Shown one piece after another: positions 18,972 through 27,328 of a stretch of DNA of 32,000 bases; the stretch's first letter is position 1; the number at the start of each line of letters is the position of its first letter. Source of the DNA: Aquifex aeolicus VF5 (lineage in GTDB: Bacteria; Aquificota; Aquificia; Aquificales; Aquificaceae); the NCBI RefSeq assembly GCF_000008625.1, contig NC_000918.1, positions 1,110,001 through 1,142,000 of the forward strand, written 5' to 3'. The position numbers and the translations under genes are program-made. The notes below the pieces were generated by a model that did not search any database, was not told where the DNA came from, and saw nothing but the letters and a program-made list of their open reading frames with translations.

Positions 18972-19067
18972 GTTTCTAATGTACCGTGTGGAGTTGAAAC
19001 AAAAACGGAGGAGAGAAATGAGCTACAGAATAGACATGTTCCTAATGGACGGATGTGGATGTGTTAC
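18972..19067 (+). CRISPR. Candidate minimal/relic CRISPR array: one intact repeat, one 37-nt spacer, one degenerate terminal repeat
   Basis: 18972-19000 GTTTCTAATGTACCGTGTGGAGTTGAAAC (29 nt, GTTTC/GAAAC ends complementary); 19001-19037 spacer-sized; 19038-19067 GTTCCTAATGGACGGATGTGGATGTGTTAC shares GTT.CTAATG.AC.G(.)TGTGGA. Confidence 0.72.
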
Positions 19068-19101
19068 TTTTGTAAATAGTAGTAATAAATCACTTATTTG
19101 A
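19018..19101 (+). other. Possible 27-aa small ORF MSYRIDMFLMDGCGCVTFVNSSNKSLI
   Basis: ATG 19018 preceded by CGGAGGAGAGAA (strong SD); overlaps the CRISPR-like segment, so may be coincidental. Confidence 0.25.
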
Positions 19102-19827
19102 TAACTTTTTTAATGCTTCCCTCAATTCTCTCGTAAGTTCTTCGTCAACTTTAAAAACCTTTCCCTCTATCTCCGAGACTGGAACGACGAGAAGGAGTGA
19201 GTTCAGGATAAATACGCTCTCACACGAACTCAAAAAATCTAGTTTTATTTTCTCTTCTCTCACTTCAAGCTCTTCACAAAGAATATCCAGAGTAGTTCCC
19301 CACAGGAGTCCGCTCTCACGGGCAGGAGTGTAAAATCTCCCGTCTTTGTAAAGAAGTAAGTTCGCGGAGCTCGTTTCAGTTATGTATTCCTTTTCGTTTA
19401 AAATTACCGCGTCGTAGAATCCTTTAGCTTTTGCTTCTCTCTTTGTGTAAGTGTTTAAAAAGAAACTCGTGGTTTTGTGGTAGATTAAAGGATTTTTTGA
19501 ATGTTTCCTCACTTCGGAAATACAAAGTTTGACACTTTTGGGAATTTTTGGAAGTTCCCTTGTGTAGACTTTTATCTCATACTCTTCGGGAAGGTCGCCG
19601 TAGTAATCGCTTCCTCTGTAAGCCACTAAAAACTTCACGTAAAGCCCTTTTTTACCTTTGGTAGCCTCTTGTATTTCCCCTAAAAACTCCTTATAAGAGG
19701 GATAGGGAAATCCGAAAAAGTTTGCGGAGTTTTTTAACCTCTCGTAGTGTTTTCTTAGTTTATAATTCTCGCCTTCCCATAGTATAGTTTCAAAGAGTCC
19801 TTCTCCGTATTGCAATGTTCTATTCAC
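19090..19827 (-). CDS. Class IV aminotransferase (branched-chain aminotransferase / aminodeoxychorismate lyase-like)
   Basis: QYGEGLFETI, KTTSFFLNTYTKREAKAKGFYDAVILNEKEYITETSSANLLL, SGLLWGTTLD. Confidence 0.9.
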   Translation of the reverse strand: MNRTLQYGEGLFETILWEGENYKLRKHYERLKNSANFFGFPYPSYKEFLGEIQEATKGKKGLYVKFLVAYRGSDYYGDLPEEYEIKVYTRELPKIPKSVKLCISEVRKHSKNPLIYHKTTSFFLNTYTKREAKAKGFYDAVILNEKEYITETSSANLLLYKDGRFYTPARESGLLWGTTLDILCEELEVREEKIKLDFLSSCESVFILNSLLLVVPVSEIEGKVFKVDEELTRELREALKKLSNK

Positions 19828-20362
19828 TTTTTAGCTCCTCATCCATGTGTATGCGGGAAGGAACCACTCCCTTTTGTCCCTTGTACTTTCCGCTGTAAAC
19901 TCGCTCAGGCGGACGGTCAAGCCTTGCAAAAACGAGCTGGCATATCCTCATACCTCTGTAAAGTCTTATAGGTCTGTCGTTTGCGTTAAAGAGTTCTAAA
20001 GTAATCTGCCCTTCAAATCCAGCGTCAACCCAGCCCGCGTTCTCAATAAAGAGTCCGAGTCTTCCGAGAGAAGAACGTCCTTCAACGAAGGCGGTAACGT
20101 AAGGTGGAAGGCTTATATACTCAAGTGTGGTAGCAAGCAAAAACTGCTTTGGCATTATGTCAAAATACTCTTCAAACTCCAGTATCCTTACACCTTTTGT
20201 TCCTTTTTTTACGTCTATAACCCCCTCTCCTTCGTAAAGGGCTATCTGATTTCCGAGCCTTAAATCCAAGGAGGAACACTGAACGTGCGAAGGTTCGTAA
20301 GGTTCAACCTTTAATTCCCCTTTCTCTATCAGTTCCCTTATACTCCTGTCTGAGAGAATCAT
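19820..20362 (-). CDS. dcd: dCTP deaminase / dUTPase-like
   Basis: MILSDRSIRELIEKGEL...VQCSSLDLRLG, EGRSSLGRLGLFIENAGWVDAGFEGQITLELFNAN; 180 aa. Confidence 0.95.
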   Translation of the reverse strand: MILSDRSIRELIEKGELKVEPYEPSHVQCSSLDLRLGNQIALYEGEGVIDVKKGTKGVRILEFEEYFDIMPKQFLLATTLEYISLPPYVTAFVEGRSSLGRLGLFIENAGWVDAGFEGQITLELFNANDRPIRLYRGMRICQLVFARLDRPPERVYSGKYKGQKGVVPSRIHMDEELKSE

Positions 20363-20377
20363 ATTAATACAATTATT

Positions 20378-20692
20378 ATGAGAGTAAAGTTCAGAATTGG
20401 CATAGAAAAGGAAGGGAAAAGACTCAAAAAGAAGGACCTTCAGGGAGTAAGAGATCCCCTCTACATAGGAATGAGGTATATTACCGAGTTCAAGTATCTG
20501 GAGGCAACGAAGTGGCTGCTTCTTGCGAAGGACTCTTACGAAAAGTATAAACTCCTTGCCCTTATAAATGAGGCTCTGGGACAAAATGAACAGGCAAGGG
20601 AATTTGAGGAGTTATCGGGGAAGTTTCCGAGAGTTACGGATCTTTCTTTCGTTATAGAAATTCCTGAAAAGAACTTCATTCAAAAGGTTTAA
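20378..20692 (+). CDS. Hypothetical protein, possible TPR-like helices
   Basis: 104-aa ORF; 'EFKYLEATKWLLLAKDSYEKYKLLALINEALGQNEQAREFEEL'. Confidence 0.6.
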   Translation: MRVKFRIGIEKEGKRLKKKDLQGVRDPLYIGMRYITEFKYLEATKWLLLAKDSYEKYKLLALINEALGQNEQAREFEELSGKFPRVTDLSFVIEIPEKNFIQKV

Positions 20693-21411
20693 GGAACCTC
20701 GTAGCCGTACTTTCTCAGAACTTCTTTCGCAAAAGGAGAACTCAGGAACTTTATAAACTCCCACGAGACTTTTTTATCTTTCCCGTGCTCCGTTATTACC
20801 GCGACGTTGTTTATTGGGGAGTAGAGCTTTGGATCAATCACGAGGTAATTTCCCTTCCCGTAAGGGATGACTAAAGATAGGGCTACAATCCCTATATCCG
20901 CTCCTTTGCTCACTACGTACTGAAAAGCTTGTGAAACGTTAGAACCGTAAACGAGTTTTTTGAGGACCTTTTTATAAAGTCCCGTGTTTTTTAGAAATTC
21001 CATCGCAGCTCTACCGTATGGAGCGTGTTTCGGGTTTGCAATAGCCACAGTCTTTACACGAGGTGAGAGTAAAACCTTGTAATCTTTTAGTTCTATATTT
21101 TTCATAGTAAAGAGTGTCAGTTTTCCCCTTGCAAAAATCGTGTAAGATGCTTTAACCGCCTTTTTACTTTCTATAAGCTTTTTTGGGTAAATCTCGTTTG
21201 CGGATATGAAAATGTCGTAAGGTGCCCCGTTTTTTATCTGTATAAAGAAATGCCCCGAAGCCCCGTAAGAGACTAAAACCCTGTTTCCCGTCCTTTTTTC
21301 AAACTCCTTTATTATAGGATTTAGGGCAAAGCGAAAACTTGAAGCACTTGCAACCCTTATGGTTTCGGAAAAGGAAAAGGCAACTATCAGGAGTAGTAAA
21401 AGTAATGTCAT
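20689..21411 (-). CDS. modA: Molybdate ABC transporter periplasmic binding protein
   Basis: Signal peptide, RVASASSFRFALNPIIKEFEKRTGNRVLVSYGASGHFFIQIKNGAPYDIFISAN, APYGRAAMEFLKNTGL, ADIGIVALS. Confidence 0.92.
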   Translation of the reverse strand: MTLLLLLLIVAFSFSETIRVASASSFRFALNPIIKEFEKRTGNRVLVSYGASGHFFIQIKNGAPYDIFISANEIYPKKLIESKKAVKASYTIFARGKLTLFTMKNIELKDYKVLLSPRVKTVAIANPKHAPYGRAAMEFLKNTGLYKKVLKKLVYGSNVSQAFQYVVSKGADIGIVALSLVIPYGKGNYLVIDPKLYSPINNVAVITEHGKDKKVSWEFIKFLSSPFAKEVLRKYGYEVP

Positions 21412-22103
21412 AAAACACCTTCCTCCCTGAAGGAGAAGTACCTTCCTTCGGAGAGTATAAGGTGGTCAAGGAGTTCAAAACCGAGCAGTTCGCAGGCTTT
21501 TTTAAGTCTTTCCGTGAAGTTCAGATCCTCGTTTGAAGGACTTGGTTCACCTTGAGGGTGGTTGTGGGCTATTATTATACCGTTTGCGGAGAGTTTTACC
21601 GCTTTAAAGAGTATGTCTTTTGGCTTAGAAAATACCGTGTTTACGTTTCCTATTGCCACCACTTCCCAGTCAAGGAGTCTGTTGCTGAGATCCAGATAAA
21701 GAGCTATTAAACTCTCCCTCCTTTCGTCAAACTTGTCCTTGAGGAATTCAAAAGCTTCCTGCGGGTTCCTTATGGAAATTCTTGATTTCCCTCCCTTGAA
21801 ACGTTTTGAAAGTTCTACGAGAGCCTTTACCTGCAGGGCTTTTACGAGTCCCAGCCCCCTCACTTTCAACAATTCTTCAACGCTCTTTTTCTCAAGTTCT
21901 TCCCAGCCCATCTTTATCAACTCCTTTGAGAGACTAAGCACGTCCGCACCCTTGGAGCCCGAACCGAGGATTACGGCAAGGAGCTCCTCGTCCGATAAAT
22001 TTTCGGGACCGAGTTTTAAAAGTTTTTCTCTCGGTCTTAATTCCTCGGGAATTTCTTTTAACCTTTTGAAAGAGTAATTTACTCTATCCCTAGCCTGTCC
22101 CAT
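21408..22103 (-). CDS. radC: RadC/DUF2466 JAB-domain protein
   Basis: EELRPREKLLKLGPENLSDEELLAVILGSG; JAMM motif ANGIIIAHNHPQGEPSPSNED. Confidence 0.95.
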   Translation of the reverse strand: MGQARDRVNYSFKRLKEIPEELRPREKLLKLGPENLSDEELLAVILGSGSKGADVLSLSKELIKMGWEELEKKSVEELLKVRGLGLVKALQVKALVELSKRFKGGKSRISIRNPQEAFEFLKDKFDERRESLIALYLDLSNRLLDWEVVAIGNVNTVFSKPKDILFKAVKLSANGIIIAHNHPQGEPSPSNEDLNFTERLKKACELLGFELLDHLILSEGRYFSFREEGVL

Positions 22104-23539
22104 ATCTCGTCTATCCTCTTTTTAACTTCGGGAGACATCTCTATTACCTCGGGCCACTCCCTCGTGTAGCCTTCCTCCTTCCACTTGGTCGTGGCGTCAA
22201 TAATCATTTTACCCCCGAAGCCAACTTCGTTAGTGGCGTGGTCAAGGACGTCTATGGGACCTTTTAGGATGAGGACGTCCCTTTGTGGATCAACGTTGTT
22301 CCCCCAAGCCCAGAGAACCTCTCCTATGTCCTGAACGTTTATCCAGTCGTCAAAAACGACTATGTGTTTTTCCAGGGACATAAGTCCGAGTCCGAGAAGT
22401 GCGTAGGCTACCTTAAAGGCGTGCCCGGGATAGCGTTTCTTAATTGAGACAAAACAGAAGTTATGAAAGCACCCTTCGGCGGGAAGGTGATAATCCACAA
22501 CTTCTGGAAGATTGAACTTTATTAAGGGGAGGAAAATCCTTTCCGTAGCCCAGCCCAAGTATTTATCTTCCTGAGGAGGTCTCCCGACTATAGTGGTGAG
22601 GTATATAGGGTCCTTTCTCATCACTATTGCGGTCACGTGCATTTGGGGATACTTGTCAACGGGGGTGTAAAAGCCCGTGTGGTCCCCGAAAGGTCCTTCA
22701 TCAACCAAAGGTTCTTCAGGGTCAACGTATCCCTCTATCGCTATTTCCGCGTTTGCGGGATACTCAAGGTCAACGGTGAGCCCCTTCACGAGTTCCACGG
22801 GTCTTTCCATAATAATTCCTGCAAATAGGTACTCGTCCACTTCGGGAGGAAGCGGTGCGGAAGCCACGTAAGGGAGTGGGGGTTCTCCGCCTATCGCTAT
22901 AGCAACTTCCAGCTTTTTCCCGAGCCTCTTTGCCTTCCAGTAGTGGTGGTTTCCGTCCTTGTGTATCTGCCAGTGAACCGCGAGTTTGTCCTTGTCCAAA
23001 ACCTGAAGCCTGTAGAGTCCCACGTTCCTTATACCGCTTTCGGGATCCTTGGTTATCACTTGCCCGAAGGTTATGTACCTACCTCCGTCCTTTGGCCAGC
23101 ACTTGAGAATGGGAAGATCCTCTAAGTTTATATCTCCCATTATTACTTCTTCCTGAACCTTTCCCCTTTTAACTACTTTGGGTATGGCGTCGTTTAGTTT
23201 TTTGAGTTCTGGAAGTTTTTTTATCTTTTCGAGGAAGGTTTTTGGAACTTCGGGTTTTAAAATTCTGTAGAGTTTCCAGCCTATGTCCTCGAGGTTCTCG
23301 TAACCCAAAGCCTTTTTAATTCTTTTCTCCGAACCGTAGAGGTTCGTAAGAACCGGGATTCTGTAGCCTTTTGGATTTTCAAAGAGGAGGGCTTTCCCGC
23401 CCCCTGGCATTTTGCAGACGCGGTCCGTGACTTCCGTGATCTCAAGTATGGGAGACAGGGGCTCTTTTATCCTTACTAGTTCTCCTTCCTTTTCAAGATC
23501 CTTGATAAAGTCATGAAGATCCCTGTACTTGTAGCCCAT
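22079..23539 (-). CDS. ubiD: UbiD family decarboxylase
   Basis: KALLFENPKGYRIPVLTNLYGSEKR, NIGLYRLQVLDKDKLAVHWQIHKDG, EGPFGDHTGFYTP, WGWGN-like WAWGNNVDP. Confidence 0.94.
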   Translation of the reverse strand: MGYKYRDLHDFIKDLEKEGELVRIKEPLSPILEITEVTDRVCKMPGGGKALLFENPKGYRIPVLTNLYGSEKRIKKALGYENLEDIGWKLYRILKPEVPKTFLEKIKKLPELKKLNDAIPKVVKRGKVQEEVIMGDINLEDLPILKCWPKDGGRYITFGQVITKDPESGIRNVGLYRLQVLDKDKLAVHWQIHKDGNHHYWKAKRLGKKLEVAIAIGGEPPLPYVASAPLPPEVDEYLFAGIIMERPVELVKGLTVDLEYPANAEIAIEGYVDPEEPLVDEGPFGDHTGFYTPVDKYPQMHVTAIVMRKDPIYLTTIVGRPPQEDKYLGWATERIFLPLIKFNLPEVVDYHLPAEGCFHNFCFVSIKKRYPGHAFKVAYALLGLGLMSLEKHIVVFDDWINVQDIGEVLWAWGNNVDPQRDVLILKGPIDVLDHATNEVGFGGKMIIDATTKWKEEGYTREWPEVIEMSPEVKKRIDEIWDRLGIE

Positions 23540-24155
23540 CTTTATTATGTTGCACGAGCCTTGAGAGGAATTCCATGATCTGCCCGTTCTTTATCCTGAA
23601 GCTGTCCTTGTTTGCTATGAGCCACGCGGTAGATTTTCCAACTTCTTCTATCACGATAAGACCGTTTTCTTTCAATGTCCTTCCCGTTTGAACGAGGTCC
23701 AGAATAAAGTCGGAAAGTCCTACAAGAGGAGCGAGCTCAACGGAGCCGTTTAGGTAGTATATGTCCGCCTTGACGCCTTTCTTTTTAAAAAACTCGTAAG
23801 CTATGTTCGGATACTTCGTCGCTACGCTGATGTGTGTGGAACTGAAGTACTTTTCTTCGCTTTCGGGCTTTCCCGCAACTGCTATTCTGCAAAAACCTAT
23901 TCCGAGGTCCATCAACCTGTAAACGCTCGGTTTCTTTTCAAGGTAAACGTCGTAACCGCACACACCTAAATCCGATACACCGCTTTCCACGTAAACGGGA
24001 ACATCCGAGGGTTTTACGAGAAAGAAGGTAATCCCTCCCTCTTCAAGTATGAGTTTTCTTCCCTCTTCTATTCTCTTTTCTATAATTCCCCTTTTTAATA
24101 AGAGATCTACCGTTTCTTCAAAGAGCCTCCCCTTGGGAAGTGCAACCTTTATCAT
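23511..24155 (-). CDS. hisG: ATP phosphoribosyltransferase, short form
   Basis: IKVALPKGRLFEETVDLL, GVCGYDVYLE, IYYLNGSVELAPLVGLSDFILDLVQTGRTLKENGL. Confidence 0.96.
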   Translation of the reverse strand: MIKVALPKGRLFEETVDLLLKRGIIEKRIEEGRKLILEEGGITFFLVKPSDVPVYVESGVSDLGVCGYDVYLEKKPSVYRLMDLGIGFCRIAVAGKPESEEKYFSSTHISVATKYPNIAYEFFKKKGVKADIYYLNGSVELAPLVGLSDFILDLVQTGRTLKENGLIVIEEVGKSTAWLIANKDSFRIKNGQIMEFLSRLVQHNKDGLQVQGSS

Positions 24156-26014
24156 TTCCTTTTACCGCGTTTGGGTTTAATCCTTATGAGCACTTCGTCG
24201 GGGTTTACTGTTTCTCCTACTCTTACGAATATCTCCTCTACTATTCCGTCAACGGGACTATGGATTTCATTTTCCATCTTCATGGCTTCTACGACTAAAA
24301 GGACGTCTCCCTCTTTTACTTCGTCTCCCACGTTTACTTTTATGTTTACCACTTTACCGGTTATGGGTGAGGTAACGTCTCCGATACCTTTGGGCTTTGG
24401 TCTCTTGCTTATTACCGTACCGCCTTCCGTTGCTTCGGTCGCAAAGGCTTCCTTTACACTTACTTCTCTTATGGGCTGGAGCTGAACTTCCTGGAGTTGT
24501 CCGTCCAGTCTTATGAAGAAGGTTCTCCTCGTCGGGTCCTCTTCGCCTTTACCCGCTATCTGGACGTGATACTGTTCTCCGTGAACGGTAACGTAGAACT
24601 CTACGGGAGCCTTGCACTCCGTAGTTTCTTCCACCGTTTCTTCCATGGGAACGGGCGGAAGTTCTCCTTTTTCTACTTTTTCCCTCCACTCAAAGAACTC
24701 TTTGGCGACTACCGGGAAGAGTGCGTAAGAGAGTATATCTTCTTCGCTCCTTGCACCCGCTTCTATTGCCTCATCTCTTATCTTGTCAAGTTCCGGCTCA
24801 AGCAGGTCCGCGGGTCTTATGTCGTATATGGGCTTTTCGTCTCCGAGTATCTTTCTGATAATTTCCTCCTTTATGGGGGCGGGAGGTCTTCCGTAGAGTC
24901 CCTTAACGTAGTCCTTCGTTTCCTTGGTAACTACTTTGTAACGCTCTCCGTGGAGGACGTTTAAAAAGGCTTGAGTTCCCACTATCTGGCTGGTTGGCGT
25001 CACTAAGGGCGGGTATCCGAGGTCTTCCCTGACTCTTTTTACTTCTTCAAGAACTTCTTCTAGTTTATCCTCCAGATTTTGCTCCCTTAATTGGGATATG
25101 AAGTTTGATATCATACCGCCGGGTATCTGGTGTATTAGGACTGAAACGTCGGGGTAAGGAGGAAGGACGTCGTATTTTTTATACTTCTTCCTTACTTCTC
25201 TCATTATGTCTCCCGCTTTTTTATAGAGCTCCGTGTTTACTTTTACCTCGTAGCCGAACTCCCTGAGGACGTATATCATCGTTTCTCCCGGAGGGTGGGA
25301 GGTTTGTCCCGAAAGTGAATAACACGCGGTATCTATCATATCCGCTCCCGCTTCAATCCCTTTGAGTTGTGCCATCTCCGCAAGGTCCGCGGTAGTCTGG
25401 GTGTGAAGGTGCACGGGATAATTGGGAAATTCGGACTTCAAAGCGGAAACGAGCTCGTAACAAACTTTGGGTGAGAGTATTCCCGCCTGATCCTTTATGG
25501 ATATTATGTCTATTCCCATATCAACGAGTTCTCTTGCTACTTTTACGTAGTACTCTATGGTGTGAACGGGACTTATGGTGTAGGAGAGAACGCCCTTTAC
25601 TATGGCTCCGAGCTTTTTGGCAGTTTCAATAGACTTTCTCATATTTCTCGTGTCGTTCAGGGCGTCGAAAATCCTGAAAACTTCTATTCCGTTGTCGTAA
25701 GCCTTCTTTACAAATTCCTCAACCACATCGTCGGGATAGTGCCTGTATCCAACAACGTTCTGTCCCCTCAGGAGCATCTCAAGCTTTGTGTTCTTCGCCC
25801 TCTCCTTGAACTTCCTGAGTCTTTCCCAGGGATCCTCTTTGAGGTACCTCAGACACACGTCAAAAGTAGCTCCACCCCACACTTCCAGAGACCAGAATCC
25901 GCACTTGTCTAGTATTTCTATTACATCAAGCATGTCTTCTGTTCTTACCCTTGTAGCGAGTAGACTCTGAATGCCGTCTCTGAGCGAGACATCCGTAACT
26001 TTGATTTCCCTCAT
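24152..26014 (-). CDS. pycB: Biotin-dependent carboxylase/decarboxylase subunit (pyruvate carboxylase B / oxaloacetate decarboxylase alpha / 2-oxoglutarate carboxylase-type)
   Basis: VTDVSLRDGIQSLLATR, LRGQNVVGYRHYPDDVVE, HLHTQTTADLAEMA; biotin site VVEAMKMENEI. Confidence 0.92.
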   Translation of the reverse strand: MREIKVTDVSLRDGIQSLLATRVRTEDMLDVIEILDKCGFWSLEVWGGATFDVCLRYLKEDPWERLRKFKERAKNTKLEMLLRGQNVVGYRHYPDDVVEEFVKKAYDNGIEVFRIFDALNDTRNMRKSIETAKKLGAIVKGVLSYTISPVHTIEYYVKVARELVDMGIDIISIKDQAGILSPKVCYELVSALKSEFPNYPVHLHTQTTADLAEMAQLKGIEAGADMIDTACYSLSGQTSHPPGETMIYVLREFGYEVKVNTELYKKAGDIMREVRKKYKKYDVLPPYPDVSVLIHQIPGGMISNFISQLREQNLEDKLEEVLEEVKRVREDLGYPPLVTPTSQIVGTQAFLNVLHGERYKVVTKETKDYVKGLYGRPPAPIKEEIIRKILGDEKPIYDIRPADLLEPELDKIRDEAIEAGARSEEDILSYALFPVVAKEFFEWREKVEKGELPPVPMEETVEETTECKAPVEFYVTVHGEQYHVQIAGKGEEDPTRRTFFIRLDGQLQEVQLQPIREVSVKEAFATEATEGGTVISKRPKPKGIGDVTSPITGKVVNIKVNVGDEVKEGDVLLVVEAMKMENEIHSPVDGIVEEIFVRVGETVNPDEVLIRIKPKRGKRK

Positions 26015-26057
26015 GCTATCACCTCACCAGCTTTAAAAACTAATAATATAATACGAG

Positions 26058-27299
26058 GTGGATTTTTTAAGAAAATTGCCCCTCGGGCTTACAATACACC
26101 TATCACTTTTCCTGCTATCCCTTTTATACGCACTGAATGCCGGAAGACTCCCCGAACTAAAGGACTACATAATCTACTTTAAGGTTCGTTTAGAAGGTCA
26201 GTGGGAGCTCTCCGAAGATGGAGTATCCGCTCCAGTGTTTGTTGAGGAGTCGGAAATAGAGTTCTTAAAAGGGAGGAAAGCTTTTTTATTCGTGAAGAAA
26301 GCAAGATATATCCCGAAAGGAAGCAGGTTTGAGCTTTTCGGAAACGTAAGAGTAAAGAAAAACAGGGTGTTTATAAGCGCCTACATCTGGGATTTAGAAA
26401 GACTTCCTGAAAAGAAAAACATCAGGGATTTCTTAATGGAGAAGTTTAAAGAAAAGGTAAAAGACGAGCACCTGAGAGCTATAGGGCTTGCCTTTTTGTT
26501 CGGGGAGAGTAAGAGAAACCTCCCCGCTGAAGTGGAAAGGGTTTTCCTACACACGGGACTTATACACGTCCTCGTAGTATCCGGACTTCACGTAGGACTC
26601 GTTTTCTTAATCCTTTCCCGCCTCCTTCCGAGGTTCTACGGTGAAGTTCTGGGATTAGTAGGCGTTCTCTTTTACTCCGCCTTTTTGGTTCCACACAACC
26701 CGCCGGTCATAAGAGCTACGTCCATGCTCTTCCTGTGGGTGCTTTCCTTTCTTTCCTTCAGGCGCTACTGCTCCCTCTGCGTTCTCTTCTTTACCGGGAC
26801 TTTAATGCTTTTCTTCTTTCCCCACTTTTCTTACTCTTACTCCTTCTGGCTTTCCTTCTTTGCGGTTTTATACATTCTTCTCGTTTTGAAGGACTTTGAA
26901 GGTGGAAACACCTCAAAAGCCCTTATGGTTTCACTCGGTGCCTTTACAGGAACCGCACCCTTGATAGCGAGTTTTTCCTTTGTAACTCCCCTTTCTGTCC
27001 TACTCACACCTGTTCTCTCTCCTTTGATTTTCGCGTACGCCCTTTTCGGAGTTTTGTCCCTCCTTACGCTCTTTTCCTTTCCCCCTTCTTTAATCCTTAT
27101 GAACCTGAGCGGAGAGCTTATCTTCAGAGTCCTTGAATTTTTCTCTGACTTTTCGCCCAAAATTCTCAGTAATGTAAAACCAGAAGAGGCTTTTATTCTT
27201 CTAATACTGGGAGCTATCGGACTTTACGTCACAAAAGGTTATTCCAAACTTCTTCCTTTGGGTGTTGTAAACCTATATCTAATCTTTAAAATAAATTAA
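26058..27299 (+). CDS. ComEC/Rec2-like competence membrane protein (no C-terminal MBL domain)
   Basis: [38 protein letters not shown] and [14 protein letters not shown] ComEC core motifs; many TMs. Exact start uncertain (GTG 26058 or TTG 26076). Confidence 0.85.
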   Translation: MDFLRKLPLGLTIHLSLFLLSLLYALNAGRLPELKDYIIYFKVRLEGQWELSEDGVSAPVFVEESEIEFLKGRKAFLFVKKARYIPKGSRFELFGNVRVKKNRVFISAYIWDLERLPEKKNIRDFLMEKFKEKVKDEHLRAIGLAFLFGESKRNLPAEVERVFLHTGLIHVLVVSGLHVGLVFLILSRLLPRFYGEVLGLVGVLFYSAFLVPHNPPVIRATSMLFLWVLSFLSFRRYCSLCVLFFTGTLMLFFFPHFSYSYSFWLSFFAVLYILLVLKDFEGGNTSKALMVSLGAFTGTAPLIASFSFVTPLSVLLTPVLSPLIFAYALFGVLSLLTLFSFPPSLILMNLSGELIFRVLEFFSDFSPKILSNVKPEEAFILLILGAIGLYVTKGYSKLLPLGVVNLYLIFKIN

Positions 27300-27328
27300 A
27301 ACATTTTTTTACTTTCGGAGGTGGATGT

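Noticed and set aside
18621-19090. tRNA or other structured RNA gene in the gap
   Set aside because: No cloverleaf, T-loop (GTTCRANNC) or other familiar RNA consensus found by eye; only short inverted repeats.
20363-20584. N-terminal extension of the dcd ORF to 20584
   Set aside because: Extension overlaps the divergent gene and lacks homology; Dcd proteins start MILSD..., giving start 20362.
24497-24964. 155-aa plus-strand ORF within pycB region
   Set aside because: Complement of a well-supported carboxylase gene; no family resemblance.
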